Shown: piece by piece, positions 45,801-52,369 of the stretch
Layout: each line of letters begins with the position of its first letter
Position numbering within the stretch: the stretch's first letter is position 1
Source: Candidatus Harrisonbacteria bacterium RIFCSPLOWO2_01_FULL_44_18
GTDB taxonomy: Bacteria > Patescibacteriota > Minisyncoccia > UBA6257 > WO2-44-18
NCBI GenBank assembly: GCA_001817915.1
Contig: MHJJ01000011.1
Span: forward strand, 17,710 to 80,121
Direction of reading: 5' to 3'
Length of the DNA stretch: 62,412 nt
The notes under the pieces: model-generated
What the model was told of the DNA's origin: nothing
Database searches by the model: none
What the model saw: only the letters and a program-made list of their open reading frames with translations
Program-made: the position numbers and the translations under genes

Positions 45801-46439
45801 CGATGCTGTTAATGACAGCTTTGTAAATGGTCGGCTGGCAAAACTCTCACCGAATAAACCTGGAGCCGGTTGATCTGGAGCTAAGGCAACAGTAAGAGTT
45901 GCCGCGCCAACGGCCGGAGCAGTCGGGGTTGTCGGAGTTGTCGGGGTTGTCGGGGTTGTCGGGGCAGTCGGGGTCGTCGGGGCTACCGCTAATGAAGCGT
46001 ATTTAGCCCTAGACACTGGACCCCAATATCCGGCTGCTGGAGAAACACCTTTCGCTGACTGCCATTTGGCGACAGCCGCTTTGGTTAATGAACCAAAGTA
46101 GGTAGTTTCATTGCCCGGAGAACCAGAACCGCTTGCCACGACTTGATAGCCGGCGCTGTTAAGGGCTTGCTGTAAACATTTCACGTCATCGCCTTTTGAG
46201 CCAACGGTGAGGTCGCGGCTAAAAGTGCAAGCAACGGAAACGCCAGCGCCGCCTTGCGTACCAGCTAATTGAGTCTGCAATAGAGCAATCTGAGCTAACA
46301 ACGCGTTGATTTGCGTTTGCAAATCAGCCACCGATTGCGCTTGCGCGATCGGCAAAAGCATTGCTGAGCCAGAAAGCCAAACAGCGGTTGTCACTGAAAG
46401 CGCAACCGATGTTATCTTTTTCGTTAATTTACTACTCAT
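42819..46439 (-). CDS. giant secreted cell-surface (S-layer-like) protein with PG-binding domain
   Basis: 1206 aa. Signal peptide ending AQAQS, coiled-coil LQTQINALLAQIALLQTQLA, PG_binding_1-like GDDVKCLQQALNSAGY...KAAVAKWQSAKGV, a PT-rich linker, then about 1000 aa of Thr/Ser/Val/Ala/Gly-rich beta-type sequence. It has its own strong terminator. Confidence 0.75.
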   Translation of the reverse strand: MSSKLTKKITSVALSVTTAVWLSGSAMLLPIAQAQSVADLQTQINALLAQIALLQTQLAGTQGGAGVSVACTFSRDLTVGSKGDDVKCLQQALNSAGYQVVASGSGSPGNETTYFGSLTKAAVAKWQSAKGVSPAAGYWGPVSRAKYASLAVAPTTPTAPTTPTTPTTPTTPTAPAVGAATLTVALAPDQPAPGLFGESFASRPFTKLSLTASADADITVKSLTIERTGQANDAIFSGVIALGEDGIRMGTSKTFGADHRLKLTEKFVVKAGQSRTITLAGDSDSDQNDYQGQLASLSLVAVDAEASPVTVVASFPLTGPVMTVNSTLAVGTVTLARGSFDPGSGQTKEIGTTGYTTSGLRLTAGSNEDVLVKSVSWNQSGSASVSDVANIKVVLDGVEYPTTVSSDGKYYVATFGEGVKIAKGLNKEMSIKGDVADGSNRTIDFDLYRYGDLQVMGLTYGYTLLPSATETSADNDDDGEFQDAEPRFDAFTTTIGAGTIQVMASNAVPSQNVAINLANQPLGAFDVIVKGEPVSVAQMVFRFSRWAGTSLTAGTQDITNVTLVDSTGKAVAGPVDIAATSPNLTFTDTVVFPIGTNTFTLKGQLSTDYATDNTVSASTTPSGWSTVRGTTSGVTITPTPSTAITGNTMTVKAGALRVSTLPTPVTQTMVAGVKGLTLANLSFDTTASGEDVRLNSTEVEFNFGQVNSNDDLTNCQLWDGSKALNTGTNVRDGANADATAVDKVFTFDQSWIIPKGVVKTLALKCNTSATTTTTTTTYNWTLEIPGDADDMIPTGMTSGSTITETYDDTTGQAITLTNAGTIAVALDSSSPGIRLINANTTDNTLAVLRFTSANEAVEVKQLGLVLGGTGSNTPQDLVKVTLWDGATKVGESVLTGDNATATLTAFVVPKDADKTLTIKGDLAAIGTSDPARPGHLVRVEYDGANADSAGNATRGTGLSSGSTVYATGATTASSGARIFKAIPKLTKLALPSTKLINANIPLYRFSVTAPSAGTVGLYKFTLDIATSTSGLPSFAITNLQVRGYSDSAFSQAAYSNNGLVNSSSMTLTSGGGTAWEFYFDPVAQGGTNEAIQVPAGTTRYYELTGTVANMSATSSTVSVSLLGDASYTAGSNTIGGDNADSWVGSGAGNYAFATTAALVDGFAVHDDFIWSGNSTTTSGVASYDWVNGFQVDGLPSTNMTSETLTP
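45919..45981. repeat. 7 x 9-bp tandem repeat encoding the Pro-Thr linker
   Basis: Units GCAGTCGGG / GTTGTCGGR; the minus strand encodes PTTPTAPTTPTTPTTPTTPTAP. Confidence 0.9.
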
Positions 46440-46485
46440 TTTAATTAATTATTTTAATTTAACTTTAATTTTCGACTCTAATTCA

Positions 46486-46839
46486 GAACCTATCTCAATA
46501 ATAGCTCCCAAACGTGATACTAGTCAATTTTATTCAGAACAAGGCGAGAGGAGGAAACTGTGCTTTACGCACGTTGACGACGACCAACGCAGTTATGAAT
46601 AAAATTGGCTGTGTCCCTTCGGGTTGTTGCTAAAATGAAATAGATCAAGGAGTGACGACGAAATTGTGGTTTTACCACATTGAGGAGGAACGACGCGGAG
46701 ATATTTCATTTTAGCTAACAACGCGTTTAGGGATTATTATTGAGATAGGTTCAAGATTATCCGCTTTACTTCTCGACCGACCCCATTAATCCGCTTGAGT
46801 GAGGTTTAGCAGATTAAAATGGAAAGTAAATGATAATCT
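46486..46839 (+). ncRNA. candidate novel structured RNA (family not recognised)
   Basis: An 18-bp closing helix 46486-46503/46735-46752, nested arms, a UUCG-type hairpin at 46615-46623 and two covarying 38-nt modules at 46548-46583 and 46654-46689. A second hairpin domain lies at 46754-46839. T.G pairs and purine-rich boxes favour the plus strand. Details are in the findings. Confidence 0.45.
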
Positions 46840-46853
46840 CTTGGTTTCTAATT

Positions 46854-46877
46854 AAAAAACTCGCTTTTTAGAGCGAG
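46854..46877 (-). terminator. putative Rho-independent terminator downstream of 47129..47770
   Basis: Minus strand reads CTCGCT-CTAAAA-AGCGAG followed by TTTTTTAATT. Confidence 0.5.
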
Positions 46878-46994
46878 GCCGAAACGGAGTAATCGCGAAT
46901 AATGCTAACCCGATTCGAAATAATGCGAACAAATTATTAGCATTATTTTGCCAAAATTCGCATTATTAGCGATTACTCCGAATGATTCGGCCTC
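46875..46994. repeat. MITE-like palindromic element, copy A (94-bp core 46886-46979)
   Basis: The core termini GGAGTAATCGC / GCGATTACTCC and internal AATAATGC / GCATTATT repeats match copy B at 58968-59061 in reverse orientation, at high identity by eye. An extra outer inverted repeat is GAGGCCGAA (46875-46883) against TTCGGCCTC (46986-46994). Confidence 0.75.
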
Positions 46995-47065
46995 ACTCCG
47001 AACCGTAAATTCCTAAACCTTTTAAGGTTACCTAGGATATAACGAAATATGGGCTATTTTATTAC

Positions 47066-47125
47066 AACTCCACCAAAATATACGAATTCGTATATTAGTG
47101 CTTGATTAGCTATATTAGTGGAGTT
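47066..47125. repeat. ORF-less copy of the inverted repeats that flank the GxxExxY gene
   Basis: 47066-47082 AACTCCACCAAAATATA and 47111-47125 TATATTAGTGGAGTT form the inverted repeat. The central perfect palindrome is TATACGAATTCGTATA (47079-47094). The right half closely matches the reverse complement of 54415-54447. Confidence 0.6.
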
Positions 47126-47128
47126 TAT

Positions 47129-47770
47129 CTATGAACGGAATACATAGAAACTGGCTGGCCCGCCATTGCCGATTCTTTCCAAAATTGCCTGATTGCAAAG
47201 TTTTTGCAAATCATATCGCAAAGTCCTTTCACTAACATCAGGAAATGCGGCAAGGATATCTTTTAAGGCGATTTTGCCGGATTGCCGAATTTTCTCAATA
47301 ATTGCCGATTGCCGAATTGTTCCATTAATTCCATTATTATTGCCGTTGCCATTACCGTTATCCATGCCTACCCGCAAACAAATATCATCGTTTCCGCTAT
47401 CAACGTCTGACTTATTGCCGCTAATTGCCTCTTTTTCTACGACAACCGGCAACTTAGAAAAAACAGTTCCTAAATCAGGCAATCCTTCTAATCCTGCTGA
47501 TTGCCGAATTGCCGCATTAAGACTATCAAGTTCTTGGAGTAATATTTTAGCGTTAATAGGTTCAATTTCATAAATCGTCTTTCCTAGTGTAACTAACGCC
47601 CATATAATATCTGTAGTGCTTAAGGCTCTTTCAAAATCGCGGCTGGCCGTATCCTCTAATAACTGGAACGCCAACCTTTCCAGTCTTTGTCTAAAATCTG
47701 CCCTCCGGATATAGACCGAGACCTTGACAAGCGCCAAACTAATTTCTTGGGACTTCTGTTTAATAAACAT
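47129..47770 (-). CDS. DeoR-type winged-helix transcriptional regulator with helical N-terminal domain
   Basis: The C-terminal IIEKIRQSGKIALKDILAAFPDVSERTLRYDLQKLCNQAILERIGNGG matches the DeoR HTH pattern. There is a low-complexity NGNGNGNNNG linker. The start is probably MFIKQK. Confidence 0.6.
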   Translation of the reverse strand: MFIKQKSQEISLALVKVSVYIRRADFRQRLERLAFQLLEDTASRDFERALSTTDIIWALVTLGKTIYEIEPINAKILLQELDSLNAAIRQSAGLEGLPDLGTVFSKLPVVVEKEAISGNKSDVDSGNDDICLRVGMDNGNGNGNNNGINGTIRQSAIIEKIRQSGKIALKDILAAFPDVSERTLRYDLQKLCNQAILERIGNGGPASFYVFRS

Positions 47771-47900
47771 TAGTAACAAGTTTAAAAAATAAATCGGCCG
47801 GCGTCAAGGAGTGGACCACGAACCGTTCTACCTCGAGAAAACCAACTCACGGTGGCTCAAGATGTAAATATGAATTATAATAATAAATTATAATAATGAT

Positions 47901-48737
47901 ATGAAAAACAAAATAACAAAGGCCATTCTCCCAGTCGCCGGATTAGGCACTCGAGTAATGCCCTTAACCCTGCATCAGCCAAAAGCGATGATCGGCATAG
48001 TGGACAGGCCGGTTGTTCATTACGTAATTGATGAAATGATTTCTGCCGGAATCAAAGAAATTATTTTAGTTATAAGCCCCCGTCATTCGGAGTTTAAAAA
48101 ATATATTTCCTATTTGCTCCGTCAAGATCCCGCCTGGAGGAAAATCATTTTTCGCGTCGTCACGCAAAAAACGCCGCTGGGCAATGGCGATGCCATTTTT
48201 GTGGCCAGAAGATTTATCAAAAATGAACCATTTTTAGTCGGCTTTGGCGACGATCTTTTGGCCGATATTAATCCTCCGCTTAAACAATTGACCAGTCTCT
48301 TTCATAAAATTAAAGCTCCGATACTGGTTTTAGAATCGGTGCCTAAAAAATTGGTCTCGCGCTACGGCGTGGTAAAAATCAAAAAAGCCGGCGTCCATCG
48401 CGACATTTATCAAATCACCGATATTATTGAAAAACCCTCGCCAGAAAAAGCGCCTTCTAATTTAACTGTCGTGGGGCGCTATATTCTGACGCCCAAAATT
48501 CTGGAGGAAATTAAAAAATTGTATCCGACGGCAAAAAGGGGCAAGGAATTATACCTTACCGACGCGTTAAAAACCTATCTTCGCGATGTAGGAAAAATAT
48601 ACGGCTGGCATTTTCGCGGCGCGCGTTTTGATTGCGGGTCAAAAATCGGCATCCTCAAAGCGCAAGCCTACTTTGGAACGCGCCATCCGGAATTTAAAAA
48701 AGAGTTCAAAAAATATCTCAAGAAAATTAACATTTAA
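47901..48737 (+). CDS. galU: UTP--glucose-1-phosphate uridylyltransferase (second copy)
   Basis: ILPVAGLGTRVMPLTLHQPKAMI N-terminus and the IEKP motif; 278 aa. It is a paralog of 28937..29779. Confidence 0.8.
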   Translation: MKNKITKAILPVAGLGTRVMPLTLHQPKAMIGIVDRPVVHYVIDEMISAGIKEIILVISPRHSEFKKYISYLLRQDPAWRKIIFRVVTQKTPLGNGDAIFVARRFIKNEPFLVGFGDDLLADINPPLKQLTSLFHKIKAPILVLESVPKKLVSRYGVVKIKKAGVHRDIYQITDIIEKPSPEKAPSNLTVVGRYILTPKILEEIKKLYPTAKRGKELYLTDALKTYLRDVGKIYGWHFRGARFDCGSKIGILKAQAYFGTRHPEFKKEFKKYLKKINI

Positions 48738-48745
48738 CAATCAAT

Positions 48746-48891
48746 CAGTTACCAGTTACCAGTTACCAGTTACCAGTTACCAGTTACCAGTTACCAGTTA
48801 CCAGTTACCAGTTACCAGTTACCAGTTACCAGTTACCAGTTACCAGTTACCAGTTACCAGTTACCAGTTACCAGTTACCAGTTACCAGTTA
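48746..48891. repeat. perfect heptanucleotide microsatellite (CAGTTAC) x 20 plus a partial unit
   Basis: Counted directly: 20 identical units at 48746-48885, then CAGTTA. It fills the whole convergent spacer. The stop codon of 48889..49623 lies in the last unit. Confidence 0.97.
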
Positions 48892-49623
48892 TACAGTCCA
48901 CTTTGAAGCGATAAATATCGTCAGCATTAACAGAATAAAGATACTTACATCAACAAGAATAGCTCTGCGGCTCAATGACCCTTTAACGTAACGGCTTGCC
49001 AGGTCGCTCAAAATAAAAACCGGCAAAATCATTAAATTCGCGGAGTTAAGAAATCCCAACGGAAGCAAGCTGACTGCCCAGACGGCCTCAAAAATCACTA
49101 AAGCCAAAACCCACGCGATTAAATTTCGCCGCTTAAATTCAGGCGCCGAGAATTTAACAAATTCCCTAAAAAGCAAGAAAGCGGCGAAAAACACCACCAA
49201 AGATTTCGGAATAAAATAGCCGCCGCGATCGGATAGAAAGAAAATGACGAAAGTCGCGTAAAATAAAAACAAGTTTAACGCGGAATACCACTGGCCGCGG
49301 CTGATAAACGCCAAATTTTTCAATCCCAGAATCAAATAAAATAAAAAAGAAAAGAAAATATCCGCGATAACAAAAATAAAAAGCCCGTCAATTGTTTTGG
49401 CGCCGATTAACGATAAAACAGTCAAAACGCCAAATGAGGAAAGAAGGGCAAAACTGTTAAAAATTGGCTGGGAATATAAAAATCCCGCCGACAATAAAAA
49501 AAATAAAATCGGCGCAAGACCGAAATCGCCGATTTTCACTAAGGCCAAAAAACTGCCAAAAATTGCCGCCTTAACGGCTAACGACGAAAGCGGATTCTTT
49601 AAAAGATACCTTAACTTTTTCAC
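48889..49623 (-). CDS. polytopic membrane protein, unknown function
   Basis: 244-aa ORF, strongly hydrophobic with about 7 helices. Its start overlaps the end of clpB. Confidence 0.55.
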   Translation of the reverse strand: MKKLRYLLKNPLSSLAVKAAIFGSFLALVKIGDFGLAPILFFLLSAGFLYSQPIFNSFALLSSFGVLTVLSLIGAKTIDGLFIFVIADIFFSFLFYLILGLKNLAFISRGQWYSALNLFLFYATFVIFFLSDRGGYFIPKSLVVFFAAFLLFREFVKFSAPEFKRRNLIAWVLALVIFEAVWAVSLLPLGFLNSANLMILPVFILSDLASRYVKGSLSRRAILVDVSIFILLMLTIFIASKWTV

Positions 49624-52267
49624 CGTCTTTGATTTGGCCTTTTATTATTTGATCGGCCAGCTTATCCAAAATCATTTTTTGAACCAGCCGCCTAATCGGG
49701 CGAGCGCCGTATTCCGGACTAAATCCATTTTCCACCAAATAATTCTTGGCGGCGGCGTCAACGGCGATCTTTATGTCGCGCTCCGCCAATTTCTCCTTCA
49801 CTTGATTTAACGAAATTTCAACGATTTTTTCAATATCCCCTTTGCGCAACGGATTGAAAATTATAATCTCGTCGATCCGGTTCAAAAATTCCGGTTTGAA
49901 ACTCTGCTTCAGCGCTTCTTGAATTTTTTGCCTAAAACTCTCTTCTTGAAATTGCGCTTCGTTGTCGCCCAAGGAAGAAAAACCCAAATTTGACATCTCT
50001 CGGAGATAATGACTGCCGACATTGGAAGTCATAATAATTATGGAGTTTTTGAAATTAACCGTCTTGCCTTTGCCGTCCGTCAGCCGGCCGTTGTCCAAAA
50101 TCTGCAGCAAGATATTAAAAACTTCCGGGTGCGCCTTTTCTATCTCGTCGAAAAGAATCAAACTGTAAGGCCGGTGCCGCAAAGTTTCAGTCAGCTGGCC
50201 GCCTTCTTCAAACCCGACATATCCGGGCGGCGAACCGATCAAGCGCGCCACCGAATGCTTTTCCATAAACTCGGACATATCAATCCTAACCAAAGCTTTC
50301 TCGTCGTTAAACATAAATTCTGACAGCACTCTGGCTAATTCAGTTTTGCCTACGCCGGTCGGACCTAAAAACATAAATGAACCCAACGGACGATTCTCGT
50401 CGGATAAACCCGCCCTGGCCCTTCTCAGGGCACTAGCCACCGCCGTGATGGCTTGATTCTGCCCAATCACTCTTCTGGATATGGCCTCTTCAATGCGCGA
50501 CAACTTCTGGGTTTCCGACTCTAACATTTTGGTCACCGGAATACCGGTCCACCGCGAAACCACAGCGGCAATATCTTCATCATCAACAACTTCTTTGATA
50601 AATCCTTCGCTGGCAGATTCGCCAACCTTAGGCCTGGCGAAATTTCTTTTCTCAAATGCCTTATATTCTTTCTCGGCTGCCGGCAATTCACCATAAATAA
50701 CCTGCGCCACCCTTTCCAAATTTCCTTCCCGCTCAGCTACTTCGGCCTGATGCCGCAAATCCTCAATCCGCTTTCTTAAATTATGGAGATTCTCAAAAGC
50801 TATTTTTTCGGCATGCCAAGTCGCTGACAACTCCGTATTTTTCTCTTTCAAATCAGCTAATCCATCTTCAATTATTTTAAGCCGATTCTTGGTTTTGAGA
50901 CTTGCCCCGTTAGAGGCAAAGGCGCGTTGCGAGCCCTCGCGGCCTCTAACGGGGCTTGCTGATTCTCCGATCAACGCCGACCGCTCAATTTCCAAACGGG
51001 TAATCTCTTTTCGCGTTTTTTCAATTTCTTGAGGCAAACTTTCAGTCGCCAAACGCCGAGCCGCGGCCGCTTCGTCAATCAAGTCAACGGCTTTATCGGG
51101 CAAAAATCTGTCGGTGATGTAACGAGCGGAAAAATTTACCGCGGCGATCAGCGCCTCGTCGCTGATTCTCAAACCATGATGAATTTCATATTTTTCTTTG
51201 ACTCCGCGTAAAATCGCGATAGCGTCTTCAATGCCCGGCTCCTCAACCATAATCGGCTGAAAACGCCTTTCCAGCGCCGCGTCTTTTTCAATGTAACGCT
51301 GATATTCCCTAATGGTGGTGGCGCCAATAGCGTGAAGTTCGCCTCTGGCCAATGCCGGTTTTAAAAGATTAGAAGCGTCAATCGCTCCTTCGGCGGCTCC
51401 GGCGCCGACAATCATATGAATTTCATCAATAAAAAGAATCAATCGGCCGGCCGAATTTTGAATTTCCCGAACAAAAGCCTTGAGACGATCTTCAAATTCG
51501 CCTCGAAATTTAGTGCCGGCGATCAAAGATCCTAAATCAAGCATAATAATCTCTTTGCCCTTGAGAGTTTCCGGCACTTCTCCGGCCACTATTCGCTGCG
51601 CCAATCCTTCAACGATGGCGGTTTTACCGACACCGGACTCGCCTATCAAAACCGGATTGTTTTTGGTACGGCGGGAAAGCACTTGCATAAGCCGCCGCAA
51701 TTCTTCCTCGCGGCCGATCACCGGATCTAATTTTCCGTCGCGGGCTCGCTCGGTCAAATTAATCGCGTATTTATCAAGAACCTGAAATTTACTTTCCGGC
51801 ATCTCGTCGGTAATCCGGGCGGATCCTCTCAATTGAGCCAACGCCCTCAAAGCCATGTCTCGGCGCAGTTTGAATTTTTCCAAAATCATTTGAGCCGAAG
51901 AAACGACGTCAAGAATGCTTAATAATAAATGTTCGCAGGAAATAAACTCGTCTTTTTGAGAAAGCGCGATTTTAGCGGCCCGGTCAATCACTTGCATCAC
52001 TTCTTGAGATAAATAAAGCTGGCCGACATTAGAGGCGGCAAAAATCTTGGGCAGTTTTTTAAGCTCCTCTTCAACTTCTTGATCTAGGGTCGCCAAATTC
52101 ACTCCTGATTTTATCAAAAGCGGCCTGACCAATGATTGCTCATCATTGATCAAGCTGGCTAAAAGATGCACCGCTTTAAATTCGCCGTGATTTCTTTGAG
52201 TAGCCAAATCTTGGGCGCTTTGCAGCGCTTCCTGCGCTCTAATCGTAAACCGATGAAAACTTCTCAT
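49571..52267 (-). CDS. clpB: ATP-dependent chaperone/disaggregase ClpB
   Basis: Clp N-domain, Walker A motifs [18 protein letters not shown] and [14 protein letters not shown], and a coiled-coil M domain; 898 aa. Confidence 0.95.
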   Translation of the reverse strand: MRSFHRFTIRAQEALQSAQDLATQRNHGEFKAVHLLASLINDEQSLVRPLLIKSGVNLATLDQEVEEELKKLPKIFAASNVGQLYLSQEVMQVIDRAAKIALSQKDEFISCEHLLLSILDVVSSAQMILEKFKLRRDMALRALAQLRGSARITDEMPESKFQVLDKYAINLTERARDGKLDPVIGREEELRRLMQVLSRRTKNNPVLIGESGVGKTAIVEGLAQRIVAGEVPETLKGKEIIMLDLGSLIAGTKFRGEFEDRLKAFVREIQNSAGRLILFIDEIHMIVGAGAAEGAIDASNLLKPALARGELHAIGATTIREYQRYIEKDAALERRFQPIMVEEPGIEDAIAILRGVKEKYEIHHGLRISDEALIAAVNFSARYITDRFLPDKAVDLIDEAAAARRLATESLPQEIEKTRKEITRLEIERSALIGESASPVRGREGSQRAFASNGASLKTKNRLKIIEDGLADLKEKNTELSATWHAEKIAFENLHNLRKRIEDLRHQAEVAEREGNLERVAQVIYGELPAAEKEYKAFEKRNFARPKVGESASEGFIKEVVDDEDIAAVVSRWTGIPVTKMLESETQKLSRIEEAISRRVIGQNQAITAVASALRRARAGLSDENRPLGSFMFLGPTGVGKTELARVLSEFMFNDEKALVRIDMSEFMEKHSVARLIGSPPGYVGFEEGGQLTETLRHRPYSLILFDEIEKAHPEVFNILLQILDNGRLTDGKGKTVNFKNSIIIMTSNVGSHYLREMSNLGFSSLGDNEAQFQEESFRQKIQEALKQSFKPEFLNRIDEIIIFNPLRKGDIEKIVEISLNQVKEKLAERDIKIAVDAAAKNYLVENGFSPEYGARPIRRLVQKMILDKLADQIIKGQIKDGEKVKVSFKESAFVVSR
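50900..50959. repeat. GC-rich palindromic 60-nt insertion translated in frame within clpB
   Basis: Arms GCCCCGTTAGAGGC (50904-50917) and GCCTCTAACGGGGC (50942-50955), flanked by direct CTTGC. It encodes [20 protein letters not shown] (codons 437-456). Confidence 0.7.
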
Positions 52268-52322
52268 ATTCTATTTAATTATAAAATTTATAACGGTTAT
52301 AAATTATACTATAACATAATGC

Positions 52323-52349
52323 TTAGCACTCCGCAAGGGAGAGTGCTAA
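52323..52349 (-). promoter_or_regulatory. CIRCE operator (HrcA binding site) upstream of clpB
   Basis: TTAGCACTC-cgcaaggga-GAGTGCTAA is a perfect match to the CIRCE consensus TTAGCACTC-N9-GAGTGCTAA. It lies 56 nt upstream of the clpB ATG, with TATAAT-like sequence between the two. Confidence 0.85.
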
Positions 52350-52369
52350 CCATTTTAATCCTGCTTTGG

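Noticed and set aside
42819-46439. Elevated GC of the surface-protein gene as a sign of horizontal transfer
   Set aside because: The excess GC follows from the Ala/Gly/Thr/Val/Pro-rich composition and probably from high-expression codon choice. The flanks, terminator style and signal peptide look native, unlike the self-contained cassette at 5036-6192.
46486-46839. Identity with RNase P RNA, tmRNA, 6S RNA or SRP RNA
   Set aside because: GAGGAGGAAACUGUGC only superficially resembles the RNase P GAGGAAAGUCC box, and no partner ACAGAA-type P4 strand is present. There is no tRNA-like end or tag ORF, which rules out tmRNA. The multi-branch fold is unlike the single interrupted helix of 6S or SRP RNA. 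This was not tested with covariance models.
48746-48891. Possible CRISPR array (also considered for the other repeat clusters)
   Set aside because: The units are 7 nt and directly abutting, with no unique spacers. No 25-40 nt repeat-spacer periodicity occurs anywhere and no cas genes are present in the window.
48628-48906. 92-aa ORF encoding QLPVTSY repeated many times
   Set aside because: It is simply the translation of the (CAGTTAC)20 microsatellite. It starts inside galU in another frame and runs into the convergent gene, with no independent start context.
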